Origin: a virus
Taxonomy: Duplodnaviria > Caudoviricetes
DNA length: 60,199 nt
IMG/VR virus record: IMGVR_UViG_3300027805_000014
Span: 1-60,199 of that record
Strand: one strand, 5' to 3'
A model generated the notes under the pieces. That model was not told where the DNA came from. It did not search any database and saw only the letters and a list, made by a program, of their open reading frames with translations. Positions 1 through 11,900 of the stretch are shown in pieces (within the stretch, counting starts at the first letter, position 1; each line of letters begins with the position of its first letter). The translations under genes and the position numbers were made by a program.

Positions 1-274
1 CTTCTTCTGCAGTAACAACCAGCTGACCTCCCTGAAGAACATCCACAAGATCATCAAGGAGATAAATGGTGTATTTTACTGTCACGGCAACCCAATCAAG
101 GAAGGTCTGCTGTATATCCTGCTTGTAAAGGGGGTAACAGAAGTAAGTACCCCATTCCCAGACGCAGATGAGATCATCGACGAGTACCTTGAAACAAATC
201 CATCTGGGTCAATTCGGGCCGCCCTTGACGTGCAACAGCTGCTCTCAGACGCAGACGTGGAGTATCCGAGATGA
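1..274 (+). CDS. 3' part of a variable LRR protein (last repeat + C-terminal cap); continues in frame from 59883..60199 if the window is circular
   Basis: Frame 2 reads FFCSNNQLTSLKNIHKIIKEINGVFYCHGNPIKEGLL...DADVEYPR, stop TGA 272-274 overlapping the next ATG (ATGA); near-identical to 271..798. Confidence 0.85.
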   Translation, partial: FFCSNNQLTSLKNIHKIIKEINGVFYCHGNPIKEGLLYILLVKGVTEVSTPFPDADEIIDEYLETNPSGSIRAALDVQQLLSDADVEYPR

Positions 275-798
275 AGCTACTAGAGATAAAACAGAAGTCA
301 GTTGCCGACCTGAAGATCAAGTACACAGGCGGTAGCTTCTTCTGCCACTACAACCAGCTGACATCCCTTGAAGGTGCCCCATCCCATGTAGGTGGCGGCT
401 TCGACTGCTACAGCAACCAGCTGACCTCCCTTGAGGGAGCACCATCCCATGTAGGTGGTAACTTCAGCTGCAGCGGCAATAAGCTGACCTCCCTTGAGGG
501 AGCACCATCCCACGTAGGTGGCGGCTTCTTCTGCAGTAACAACCAACTGACCTCCCTCAAGAACATCCACAAGATCATCAAGGAGATAAATGGTAGATTT
601 TACTGTTACGGCAACCCAATCAAAGAAGGTCTGCTGTATATCCTGCTTGTAAAGGGGGTAACAGAAGTAAGTACCCCATTCCCAGACGCAGATGAGATCA
701 TCGACGAGTACCTTAAGACAAACCCATCTGGCTCAATTAGAGCAGCGCTGGACGTGCAGCAGTTGCTCTCAGATGCAGACGTGGAGTATCCGAGATGA
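271..798 (+). CDS. Variable LRR protein (4 x 21-aa repeats + cap), MKLLE leader
   Basis: Repeat LTSLEGAPSHVGGxFxCxxN(Q/K) with 63-bp period; xFxCxxNxL matches the LRR core. Confidence 0.85.
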   Translation: MKLLEIKQKSVADLKIKYTGGSFFCHYNQLTSLEGAPSHVGGGFDCYSNQLTSLEGAPSHVGGNFSCSGNKLTSLEGAPSHVGGGFFCSNNQLTSLKNIHKIIKEINGRFYCYGNPIKEGLLYILLVKGVTEVSTPFPDADEIIDEYLKTNPSGSIRAALDVQQLLSDADVEYPR

Positions 799-1151
799 AG
801 CTACTTGAAATTGTTCGCTCTGATTGGCCACTTGCAATGTCTATGACTAAAAAGCTCATAGACAATGGCATAAAAGTGGTGATGCAGACCAAAGACGCTT
901 TTGGTGGGGAGCTGTGGGGAGAAATAGTAGAAGTTGGTCTGGCAACTCAACCTTTAACTAGAAAAAATGCCTTCTTTGAAATTGGTTACTTTGAGTTAGA
1001 CGAAAAGACACAAGAGCCACTGCAACCAAAAATAGCTGAGAGCACGTCTGGTCCAAGAGAAGAATTTGAACAGGCAAAGTTGAGTAAACAGAAAGATGGT
1101 TCATTTATTTTACACCTGCCGTTTATCCCAGGTGATGGAGAATCAGTATGA
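795..1151 (+). CDS. Hypothetical protein with MKLLEI leader; distant paralog of 1533..1874
   Basis: ATGA-coupled to the LRR gene; first six residues identical to the LRR genes; PLAMSM/PLALSL similarity. Confidence 0.7.
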   Translation: MKLLEIVRSDWPLAMSMTKKLIDNGIKVVMQTKDAFGGELWGEIVEVGLATQPLTRKNAFFEIGYFELDEKTQEPLQPKIAESTSGPREEFEQAKLSKQKDGSFILHLPFIPGDGESV

Positions 1152-1531
1152 CCACCAGAGCTTTATACAGGGGATTTTCTACTGCTTTCCATAAGGAGAA
1201 TCCAAGCAAGGGCTTCATGACAGCTAATGTTGAAACTGTGAAACGCGATCTTTTAAACCATATCTGGACGATACGGGGCGAGCGTGTTATGCAGCCAAAT
1301 TTTGGTACAAGCATACCACTTCTTGCCTTTGAGCCGCTTGACACCAACACGATAGCAGTAATTGAAAGAGATCTGAGAGAAGTTTTCGCTTATGACCCTC
1401 GAGTAGAACTAAAGGAACTGGTGGTAATGGCGCTCCCAGACAACAACGCGGTTATTGCTATGGCTGATCTTTTCTACAAAGAACTCAACGTAACAGAAAA
1501 GCTTAAGCTAGATTTTCCAGTAGGTCAGTAA
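1148..1531 (+). CDS. gp25: Baseplate wedge subunit, gp25/GPW family
   Basis: LLNHIWTIRGERVMQPNFGT..LAFEPLD and YDPRVEL motifs typical of gp25. Confidence 0.9.
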   Translation: MTTRALYRGFSTAFHKENPSKGFMTANVETVKRDLLNHIWTIRGERVMQPNFGTSIPLLAFEPLDTNTIAVIERDLREVFAYDPRVELKELVVMALPDNNAVIAMADLFYKELNVTEKLKLDFPVGQ

Positions 1532-1532
1532 A

Positions 1533-1874
1533 ATGCTTCTAAGAGAAATTGAATCAATAGAACTTCCGCTAGCTCTTAGTCTAGCAATGAAGGTGGTACG
1601 TAAGGGACAAGATTTGTATTTTGTTTTGCTTAAGACTACAGGACAAAGAGAAAATTATGGAAAAATAATGGATATTCAACGTATAGACAAAATAAAGATT
1701 GCTGACATCATCGTAGAACCAAACGAGAAGACGTTCAGTTATGGCTACGAACGGTTTATTCATGCTAAAATTAAAAAGGTATCTTTGTTAGGAAAGCATG
1801 ATCATTTTGAGCTAATTGTTCCATCTGGAGTGCTGCACCACCAACTAGAACATGACAATTTGGGTTCTGAGTAA
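1533..1874 (+). CDS. Hypothetical protein with MLLREI leader; distant paralog of 795..1151
   Basis: ORF fills the gap between gp25 and the gp6-like gene; similar length and pattern to 795..1151. Confidence 0.65.
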   Translation: MLLREIESIELPLALSLAMKVVRKGQDLYFVLLKTTGQRENYGKIMDIQRIDKIKIADIIVEPNEKTFSYGYERFIHAKIKKVSLLGKHDHFELIVPSGVLHHQLEHDNLGSE

Positions 1875-1877
1875 ATA
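1872..1877 (+). promoter_or_regulatory. Putative T4-like late promoter (TAAATA)
   Basis: GAGTAAATAC about 30 bp upstream of the baseplate ATG; motif recurs before structural genes. Confidence 0.55.
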
Positions 1878-1907
1878 CACTACACTGAAATTAAACTGGA
1901 TTAATCC

Positions 1908-4900
1908 ATGGCATTGAGAACAACTTACAGCGCGGAAACTTGGGAAAAGGTGTATCAGTCCTTTTCAGCGGTCAATTTTACAGCATTTGACTTTAACACA
2001 GTCAAACAGTCATTGATTGATTACACCAGAACCTACTTTCCCGAGCAGTTCAATGACTACATACAAAGTTCGGAGTTTATCGCGCTGCTTGAGCTGTTCG
2101 CGTACATCTGTGAACAGCTTGCGTACCGCATCGACATGGTTGGTCACGAGAACTTCATAACGACCGCGCAAAGAAAACAATCAATCTTAAAGCTCGCAAA
2201 GCTAATTTCATACAAGGCAACCAGAAATATCCCTGTTCGCGGGCTAGTAAAGTTTACGTCGATCACCACTACTGAACAGGTTTTTGATAGTCGTGGAACT
2301 AACCTTTCCGGAATTCCTGTAACTTGGAATGACCCAAACAATCCAAACTGGAAAGAGCAGTTCTTTTTGGTCATAAACAGAATTTTTAATTCTAGATTTG
2401 GTGAACCACAGAAGAGCTTCCAGATTGGTGACGTTGTTATGGACCTATACAGTCTAAAGAACGACGCTTCATCTTTTCCTTTGGGTGTTTTTCCGTATTC
2501 AGTTTCAACTGGCGCAGAAACATTCCCAATGGAAGTGGTACCTGTTGATCTTGACGAAAATGGTCCATTTGAGCGAGAGCCAGATCCAATTGCCGCTTTG
2601 TCAGTCATCTACGCAAATGACGGCATAGGAGATGGTTCTGACTACACTGGTTTTCTTGCCTTTACGAAACAAGGTGTTTTGACAAGAACAGAATATGTAA
2701 TTCCGGATGTTCTGCCTAACCGTAAGCTTGAGTTTAACACCCCCGGAATCAATCACACTGACGTTTGGGTTCAGCGAGTTGATGACGCGAATATGATCAT
2801 GGAGCGCTGGAAGCAAGTTGACAGCATATCTGAGCAGAACTTGGCGTTCAATGATATCAGAAGCACCAGGAAAAAGTTTGAAGTTGATACTCTAGAGGGG
2901 GACAGAATACAGGTACTGTTTGGTGACGGTGACTTCAGTGATATGCCCCAGGGCATATTTCGCTTCTGGATGAGACAGTCAGCAGGTAGAAGCTTAGTTA
3001 TCCAGAAGAATAGGATTAGCAATCAGCCAATGAGCTTTACCTACACTGGTGAAACGGGCAACACCGAAACGTGCACACTAACATTTAGCTTGACCAGCAC
3101 GCTGCAAAATGGTTCGGCAACTGAAAGTATTGAACACATCAGACGCTCGGCGCCAGCTACCTACTACGCACAAAATAGAATGGTAAATGGTCAGGACTAC
3201 AACACGTACATGTTGAAAGACCCCACAATTCTTAGATTGAGCGCGGTTAACAGGACATTTGCAGGGCAACCAAAGTACGTAGACTGGAATGACGCATCTG
3301 GAAAGTACCAAAACGTTAAGCTTTTTGGTGATGATCTTTCCATGAAGTACCAGATCACGCTCAACTCGCAAACAACCTCAGTTTCTGGGAGAGCGCTTAT
3401 TGACAACGTCATTGAGCCTCTTCTAAGCACACCCGGTGTCATAAACATGATGCTGCACATTTCAGCCGCAGACCCAGTAACCCGCGGTGTTATTAGTCCG
3501 CCTAGAAGAAAATTTATTGAGGATAACAGAGGCGGTAGGTTTTTTGATAAGAACAACCAGTACGTCAACTTAAATTCGTCTGTTGCTGCAGATGGATCTC
3601 TTAAGGAAAAAACGGCAATACAAGGACTGATTGATAGACACTACTACGGTGAGCCTCTTAATATTGTTGTTTTACCGGATGGTACTATCCTTGGACAAAT
3701 ACCGGATCCCGATCTAGTCCCAAAAGATGATAGCAAGATTTATCAAGAAAACTTACCAAGAACTATAGACGGGGTGAACAGGTTCAGACCTGGAGATGCT
3801 GGCTCTGGACTGCAGTCAATAGGTGAACAAGATTACTTTGCCCTAAGGTACAACAGATACATGAAAGGTATTGGTGCAGGAACACTGAGCCTTAACCCGA
3901 CCTTCCAGCTGCCTGCCGAGTTATGCGCTGATGCGCCTGAAGTTTTGACCATAGAGGTACAATCAGATGGTCAAACGCTGTCCGTTCGCAGCGATATAAG
4001 AGGGTCTTTCCCGAATGGGCAGATAGGTCAAATGTATCAGTTCTCTGCAGGAAAACCAGTTGCAGCATTTGACCTTTTTACAGTAACTAATGGACCAATC
4101 CCACTTCAGCCAGGTGATGCATTCATCGTAGATGTTGTGCCTCAAATAGTGGGAGGAGTTATTCAGAACGCAATCATCACCGCGCGGGTGTTACCATCTG
4201 GTCTCTCTCAACCTATCAATCTTAATGGTTGGTGGCAGCTGCTCTTTGGTCCATCTGAGCTACCTGACTATGCTGGTGGAATAATTGAGAGCGAATATTT
4301 TGATCAAAAATTTACAACCGCAGAAGGACCAGCTGATCTTCGCCAGCACTCTTGGCTGATTTTTGTTAAGAAGATAAGAAATTCAAGTGGAAACATAATA
4401 GGCTATGAGGTTCATAACCGTGACCTCAAACTGATTGTGGAAAGCCCTACCACGAAGTTCTGGTACAATTCCGTAGATCAACTGGTTGACAGTGAGACTA
4501 AAAAGCGGGTTTTTGACAACATCAAGATACTTAGATCAAATCTTGATTTTACAGGCAATTCACTCAAAAGAAGTCAAATTTATGATGTAGTTGGAGCTGT
4601 AACAGATGCTGATGGGATTGTCAACTACAACCTTCTAGAAATTGTCCCAACAGATTTGCTCAATGAGGATGAGAGTGGAAACTTAATTCCAGACAGGTTA
4701 CTACAGTTTGAGAACTTTGCGGGATCCGGGACATCCAACTCCTCATATGAATACTTTTCTGTAAATTCTCCAGAGATTGTAATCAGCCCTCTGCAAACGG
4801 AGTATTCAACTGCAGTCACTGCATTCGTTGGCGCACCGGCTGCATCAATGGCAGCATTTAGTTCAACTGCTCAGAAATGGTATGGTAGAAGGTTAAGAAT

Positions 4901-5558
4901 GCCAAAGATTAACCCTGCTGAACCACAACAAAGCACAGATGCTGGTTTGGACTTTATGTGGTCGCACTTCTCTCCCTTCACCAACATAGTCGATCCCTCT
5001 GTAACGAATATCCACGATGTTTACCTAATGACGCGTGGTTACTATGACAGCGTGATAAGCTACGTGCGCGGCTTATCCTCTTCTCTCCCAACACCGCCAA
5101 CACCTCTTGACCTTAGGTCATCATATGGCTATCTTTTAAACAACAAGATGCTTTCTGATACCGTGGTTCTACACCCAGGTAAAATTAAGCTGCTGTTTGG
5201 GACTCTTGCAGAGCCGCAGCTAAGAGCTAAATTCAAGGTTGTTAGACAGCAAGGCGCATCTCTCACGAATGAGAGAATAAAGGAAGAGATTTTAAACGTC
5301 ATAAACACGTTCTTTGACATAGACAATTGGGATTTTGGCAGTACATTCTATGCAACAGAACTCATAACACTTATACACCAGAGACTTCCTTCGGATGTTG
5401 CATCTGTTGTGTTAGTTCCAGTTTACAGCTCTAATTCATTTGGTTCTTTGTTTACTGTAGAAAGTGGTCATGATGAGATTCTACAGTCAGCAGCACAGCT
5501 AAGCGACATAGAGGTAGTTGATGCTTTAACCCCAACAATTATCAGACAATCAAGGTAA
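1908..5558 (+). CDS. gp6: Baseplate wedge protein, T4 gp6/baseplate-J-like, with large insertion
   Basis: DFNTVKQSLIDY..FNDY..ENFITTAQRKQSILKLAKLISY; FGDG; ESIEHIRRSAP..YAQNRMVNGQDY. Confidence 0.8.
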   Translation: MALRTTYSAETWEKVYQSFSAVNFTAFDFNTVKQSLIDYTRTYFPEQFNDYIQSSEFIALLELFAYICEQLAYRIDMVGHENFITTAQRKQSILKLAKLISYKATRNIPVRGLVKFTSITTTEQVFDSRGTNLSGIPVTWNDPNNPNWKEQFFLVINRIFNSRFGEPQKSFQIGDVVMDLYSLKNDASSFPLGVFPYSVSTGAETFPMEVVPVDLDENGPFEREPDPIAALSVIYANDGIGDGSDYTGFLAFTKQGVLTRTEYVIPDVLPNRKLEFNTPGINHTDVWVQRVDDANMIMERWKQVDSISEQNLAFNDIRSTRKKFEVDTLEGDRIQVLFGDGDFSDMPQGIFRFWMRQSAGRSLVIQKNRISNQPMSFTYTGETGNTETCTLTFSLTSTLQNGSATESIEHIRRSAPATYYAQNRMVNGQDYNTYMLKDPTILRLSAVNRTFAGQPKYVDWNDASGKYQNVKLFGDDLSMKYQITLNSQTTSVSGRALIDNVIEPLLSTPGVINMMLHISAADPVTRGVISPPRRKFIEDNRGGRFFDKNNQYVNLNSSVAADGSLKEKTAIQGLIDRHYYGEPLNIVVLPDGTILGQIPDPDLVPKDDSKIYQENLPRTIDGVNRFRPGDAGSGLQSIGEQDYFALRYNRYMKGIGAGTLSLNPTFQLPAELCADAPEVLTIEVQSDGQTLSVRSDIRGSFPNGQIGQMYQFSAGKPVAAFDLFTVTNGPIPLQPGDAFIVDVVPQIVGGVIQNAIITARVLPSGLSQPINLNGWWQLLFGPSELPDYAGGIIESEYFDQKFTTAEGPADLRQHSWLIFVKKIRNSSGNIIGYEVHNRDLKLIVESPTTKFWYNSVDQLVDSETKKRVFDNIKILRSNLDFTGNSLKRSQIYDVVGAVTDADGIVNYNLLEIVPTDLLNEDESGNLIPDRLLQFENFAGSGTSNSSYEYFSVNSPEIVISPLQTEYSTAVTAFVGAPAASMAAFSSTAQKWYGRRLRMPKINPAEPQQSTDAGLDFMWSHFSPFTNIVDPSVTNIHDVYLMTRGYYDSVISYVRGLSSSLPTPPTPLDLRSSYGYLLNNKMLSDTVVLHPGKIKLLFGTLAEPQLRAKFKVVRQQGASLTNERIKEEILNVINTFFDIDNWDFGSTFYATELITLIHQRLPSDVASVVLVPVYSSNSFGSLFTVESGHDEILQSAAQLSDIEVVDALTPTIIRQSR

Positions 5559-5564
5559 TCAAAA

Positions 5565-5882
5565 ATGCGATTTAGACAATTCTTAACAGATGGGTTTTCA
5601 AGAGACTTTTCCGCAAAGCCGCCAAAATCAGCTGGTAAGGGGCCTCAGTGGACTGTAGCTGAGTTAGCAAGAAAGTTTGATTTGACTGTCCCACAGCTGG
5701 TGGGACTAAGGCAAAAGTATCCTGGATTTCCAGAACCATCTGCTAAACATACTGTTGCTGGAACCAAAACGTACTATGATCTAAAGGACGCTCTTAAGTG
5801 GTTTGCTTCAGTCAGGAAAAGTGTTTCGGGTGATATTGAAAATTTAAAGAAAGAAATTGAAAGTCACAGCGGACGTGATTAA
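5565..5882 (+). CDS. Small HTH-like DNA-binding protein with MRFRQFLTD leader
   Basis: WTVAELARKFDLTVPQL...FPEP...YYDLKDALKW resembles an AlpA/MerR-type winged HTH. Confidence 0.55.
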   Translation: MRFRQFLTDGFSRDFSAKPPKSAGKGPQWTVAELARKFDLTVPQLVGLRQKYPGFPEPSAKHTVAGTKTYYDLKDALKWFASVRKSVSGDIENLKKEIESHSGRD

Positions 5883-5917
5883 TCTAAAGTGACACCGGGT
5901 AGCTTTTGGTAATCCAG

Positions 5918-5923
5918 TAAATA
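5918..5923 (+). promoter_or_regulatory. Putative late promoter (TAAATA)
   Basis: CAGTAAATAG in the intergenic gap before the 3083-aa gene. Confidence 0.55.
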
Positions 5924-5948
5924 GAGCATACAGCTTTGCTACTGAGAT

Positions 5949-8900
5949 TTGACCACAATGGCACAAAAGATCGACTTCCATCTACCATTCAATGACCTAA
6001 CGCAGTATGTTCCAAGCAACTTAAGAAATTCAGTTGTTACGGGGCTGCTAGACAACCTGTTTAACAGGTTTTTGACGCGAGATGAGAGTGCCCCATTATA
6101 TGGGTACGCTGGTAACACCCCTTCAAATGCCGAAGATAAAACACCAAGAATACCGCAGTTAAGCGTTGAGAGAGACATTAATGCAATAACTCCGGTTCTT
6201 AACTTCAAAATTGGAACTGAAAGATTTTGTTTCACAGTAAACGATCTAATCAGCAAGGCTGAAAGGGTTGGAATTAATACTAGTTCCCAAAACTGGTTGT
6301 ACTCACAGGGAAATAATTTTTGCCCGCCCATCACTTTTGACAAGTTCGTAAACTTTTTCAACTACTACTGGGTAGCAAAAGCAGTTTCATCCACTCCACA
6401 GATGGAATGGAATGCTGAAAAGCTTCCGGAGTACTTTGTAATTGAAAGACCAAGTTTAACTGATCGTATTAAGCTCAACTGCAGAACTGCCTCTAATCCA
6501 GGACAGCAGTTTGTGACTACTGGTTCTGGATTTCTGGACCAAATCTGGGCTATACAGTTTACCTCTCCGCTGACATTCACCATTACACCATCGACTGTAC
6601 TTGTTGGCCCACAGGGTTTATACACTCAAGTTGCAGCAGAGCAATCAACGTATGTTCTTTCCGCACTTAGCACAGGGCTTTCAAATCCGGTTGATGTTTC
6701 CCAAACATTTTCATTTACTGTTCAAGGACCTGCTGGCACATTTACCTTACTGCAGTTCAAGATAACCAGAACGCCAACGTTCAATGAAAATAACCAACAT
6801 GATGGGTACACTGAATTTTCTGCTGGCGACAAGATTGAACTCAATGCTAAGTATCTTTCATCCACGTGGTCATTCACTTTTACTGGAACTCCTGGACTAA
6901 AACCAATTATTGGCAGCGTTAGAACCCACAATGAGTACCAGACAATAGGTGGTGTACAGTTAACAGCCGGTGACAGAGTTCTTCTAAGAAGTCCTGGCGT
7001 TCTACCAAATGGTCAATCTTCAGTTAGTGGCATATTTGAGGTTAAGCCGGGAGTGTGGGTATCACCTGACGATTTTAACCAAGATACATGGTTAGCAGGT
7101 GCAGAAACTTTTATCACCGAGGGGATTAACTCTGGGAAACTTTTTAGATCGTCTGCAGTGTCTGCGCCTGCGCTATGGTCTTGGACACAAGTCGGAACTG
7201 AAAGCAACACAAATGACTGGCAAGAAGGTAATTTCTGGATAACCTCTGAGGAGGTTGAGAGACTAGGTCTTGATAAGTCATTGGTTCTGCAAGCAACTCG
7301 TCCCATCATTGAGTATTCATCTAACATTCAGCTTAACGCACGCGTCCAAGATGGTAGACCTGTAGACAGTGATACTGCCGGAACTTCAGCACCTGCGCCA
7401 AACTACAGACAGAAAAAAACTGTATTCAACCAGCTTCCACTGTTTGACCTTTTTAGGTATGATGGAACTCATTCCAATTTAGTTAGTTCTATCTTCTATT
7501 ACGAAGAAGACTCAACTGCTCCTCTAGACACGGCACTGCAGCGTCGTGTTAAAAGAGCTGAAAACGGAAGCGCTGACTTTATTTTCAATCACGGGTGCGT
7601 CGATTTAAATGGTCATCTTTTGTTCTATCGAACTGGCAGATCTGACGAAGATCTTCATACTGTTTGGAAGGCTGGGTACACTGAAGCAACGGTAGTAGAC
7701 ATCACGAATAGGGTGAACTTAATTGAGCTACCAGGTTCAGTGACATTTTCCGGATCTGGAAATGGAACTATAGCTTCAATTGTTGGAAGAGGAATTGAGC
7801 CTCAAACTATCACAATTTCTTTCACGTCTGCTACGACATTTTCCATAGTTGGCAGCTTAGAAGGCTACATTGGCGATGGAATGGTAAATGTTCAGTTTGT
7901 TTCTGACAAACTAGTTCTAACAGTTGTCACTGGAACAATATCATTTTCGGCTGGTTCGCAGTTTGACATTTCGCTTGTGTATCCTGGCCAAATTACGGGT
8001 GTTTCTGCGACTGACACAACACAGCAGCAAATATGGACCTTGACTTTTAACCAGGCCGGGACGTTCATGGTCAGTGGGTCAAAGAACGTCTATCTCCCAG
8101 AACCGTTCAATACTGCAGCTGTTAACGCGCCATATGATAACGGGGAAATAGCTTTCACCATAACATCTACTCTGCCATTTTCAGTTGGAGATCAATTCAT
8201 TATCCGAGTTGCAAATCTAGAAAGACCGAGATACGTTTTTAGAGATGATAGCAATTCAATAACTGACAAATTTGGTGGGCCAGCGCTTGACTCTACTGGA
8301 GAGGGGGCGTACCAAGCTTCGCGCACCTTTATCAACAACCCACATACTGAAAATAGAGCGGAACTGCCTGAAGGCATTGTCTACTCTCACTTCAGAAGCA
8401 TAATTTCTAATCAGATTAAGGGACAATCTGATGACTACGCGTTTGGTGGACAGATAAAGCTATGGAGTGAACAGCATTCATTGCTTGCTTCACTTCTAAT
8501 GCAAAGGGATCTAACACCTATTTCCATGATTGATCTAGCAAAGAGGCTTTATGAGGGTGCGCTCAATTCTGTTAGAGAAATCTATATTCAAAACATAGTC
8601 GAGTACTTCTCAACTCAAAAAGTTGCTTCAGTTGCTGGTAGTTCGGCAGATACTTCCCAGGATAAACAAGAAGTTTCTGCGCTGCTTGATTACATTCTAG
8701 ATATCAGATCAGTTGACCAAGAAGTAAGACAGGTGCTTTTTGATACCTCATCTGGTGTTGTGGGTTTTCCAGCCACACTACCACAGCTTGGAATTTGTGA
8801 ACTAGTAGAACCATTTAGAGCATTTGACAAGGTGTTGGGTAGAGATGTTCTTATTCACCATGATGGCCACGTTTCTATTCCATTTGCAGACACGCAAGAA

Positions 8901-11900
8901 TTTAGACAGGTTATTCTTGGAAACTACGCGTCAAAAACTGTTCAGCGCTCTGATGGAACGTCAACGCCTGCCGTAGGCTCATTTACCGCCACTCCACCGG
9001 AAAATCCATATAAAGGGGAGCTATGGCTACTACCATCCGGTGAGATGCGCGCATTTGATGTTGATTTCGACACGGTCTCTACTCCGTCTGCCGAAGTTGT
9101 TGGCAGCAGGTGGTACAACAGGAACAGTAGACTGCTCTTTGTATCTAATGGCGTAACTTGGGACTTAGGTTCAGATCCATCTACGGCTTGGAAAACTGTC
9201 AACCTGGCAGAGACCCTAAATGAGATTTTTATGCAGGTCGAACAGAGACTGTACGACCATATAAACCCAAATCAGAGAAAATTTGATTTTTCGGTCATCC
9301 ATCAAAATTCACAGTATCAAGATCAACTAAGAAGAGAACTGTTCACGTTTGCTGCAAGAGAAGGTCTCGACCCACTTGCAACTAACTACAATCCGCAAGA
9401 TGCTTTTACGTGGAACTACTCGCAAGCTGTGCTAACATCATTCGCTGCAGTTTCAACACCATCAGTTCCTGCGCGCTGGTATAACGCGCTTATCGCGCAT
9501 CAACAGACCGTTCCAGGCGTCATTCCAACGGAACGCCCTAATCTTGAACCATGGAAGCTATTAGGGTTTTCAAGTTATTCAAGTTGGTGGTCAGCGCTTT
9601 CTGCATCTCAGAGGACCGCATTCGAGAGCGGTGTTGCTGAAGATGATTTAGACAATTTTGTATATCAAGGAAGCGTGCGAGTGGTGGCAGCTTCAACAGT
9701 TACCAACTTATCAGGACTGAAGGTAATCGACGGCGTTCAGCTTTCTGCCGGTGATCGCGTTCTTTTGACTGCAGAAACATCAACCTTGAATAATGGTGTT
9801 TGGGTTGTTTCTCTTGGTGGTTGGGCACGTTCTTTAGACCCACTCCCAAACAGATGGTTTGAAGTAACTGATGGTGTTACCCGAAGAGGGACGCGTTGGG
9901 CTGTAACCTCAGCAGGAATCGCTAACCTTAACCCAGTTATAGTCAAGCAGGCCAGAATTTGGTCTGATGCGCTTTGGCAGCATGTTCAACTGCAACGACC
10001 ATCTTTGAAGGTTAGCATCAATATCTACACCGATGATCTTCTTCCACCGTACGTATCATTAAGTTCAAGTGTCAGCCAATTTGCGTTAACCAACGCGCTG
10101 CCATCTGGAATAACACAGCCTTTCCAGTTTGGTGAAGGCTCACCAGTTGAGGAGATATGGGAACGATCTATTGAGTATGGCTATGCTCAAGCAAAAGCAC
10201 TATTCCGGTTTGACCCTCTTGCATTCCTAGGTTTTTGCTGGGGATTTAACTGGGTTGAGGCTGACGGCATACTATATGATGGAGTTGATATTTCAATCCC
10301 AGGAAACAAGCGCTTCAAGCTGCACGGTGAATCAACTAACTCATCAAGAAGCTCAGCATCATTTAATTTCACCGCAATCTCATCTCCTATCAGCGCAAGC
10401 TACACCGTAACCTACGACGCGTATGACTCACAGCGTAGACAAAATTTCAGTGTTCGCAGATCAGATGGTTCTATTGCTGCTTTCATTCAGGAGGGAGTTA
10501 CAACTTCACTTACGTTTGATGGGATAACACTCTCAAGCAACGTCCCTTTCATTGAGGATGCTGGTATCCCATTTAGAATTGGAGACATGTTTAACTTAAC
10601 GGTCACCGCACCATCTACTTTGTCCACTTCATTTTCTCCAGCGGCGTTCCACAGCATTCTTGGATTTGGTCAGATTTTCACAAATGCCCTAAGGTCAGTG
10701 TCAATAGACACATCGTCAAGTTTTGCAATCTCGGCTTTTAGGGGTTGGGATGTCAACATGGGTCATAGAGCGGGTGGCTTGGTTGCAACTGATGATTTAC
10801 GAGTTTACACGGAAACAGATACTCTAAGCAGGGCCTCATATGATCTGGTGTTCAAGAAGAACGATGGTGTAAAGGATCTTTGGTTGCAGGCCCTGAGAGT
10901 GGTTCTTATCCAAAAAGGAACAGCTGATATTTCTGGTGAATATCCTGCCAATACAGCTGAAGACTGGATTTTTAGAATTGAAGGCTACAACGCCAACTAC
11001 CTAGACATTGATTACTATTCACTGCAAAGCATTGACAGTGGAACTCAATTTCCAACTTCACCAGCACTTGGTCAAACATTCTTTAGGCATGATTTAGGTA
11101 GCGCGTATGTTTGGAATGGAAGTTCTTGGTCGCTTTACGCCTACAACGCGCAAACTTTTTATGCTCTAGACGAAAGCGCAACTGCTCTGACTTGGTTTAA
11201 ACCACTTACAAAGCTAACAGTTGAAACATCTAGATTACCTATTACCATCATTGGACTGCAAAATGTCATAAGCTTTATTTTTGGCTACGCTATGCTGATG
11301 GAAGAGCAAGGCTGGATGTTTGACAGTTCAACTGAGACAAGCCTTGATCTTTCAACTGGGCGCCACAGAACTTGGCAGCTTGAAGTTGAAACCCTAGTTG
11401 ACAGAGTGTTCAGAGGCATGAGCCTAGGACAAGGTCACATAGTAAACCCATTCGTTGATCGTATTCAAGTTAGACAGGATACAGGGCTACTATCTCAGTT
11501 CAGCGAAGCTCCATTGTTTGATATCTACAGTCACGCCGCAGCATTTGACATTGCCGGAAAAAAGATAAAAACTGATGACTTAATAGTTGAAAGAACAAAT
11601 CAACTATCAAGCGTTAGCTCAATAGTTCCTATTTTTTCAATGCACGCGCTTATTGACGAGTACGAGCATCTGTTTGTGTTCAACAACTTTGTCGATGAAG
11701 CCAATCAGACTGGTTCTTTATATGACGTATTTTCAGGCGGCAGAGTAGTAACTTACAAGTTTAATGGCAGAAGACAAAACACCGGCACCTTGCGTCCAGA
11801 ATTTGGCGGTCATTACCTTGCAGGTAATGAAGTTAAACTTAATCTGCAGGCAAGCACCGACGCTTTGAGCAACATCTATGATGCAAACTTTGCATTTGAG

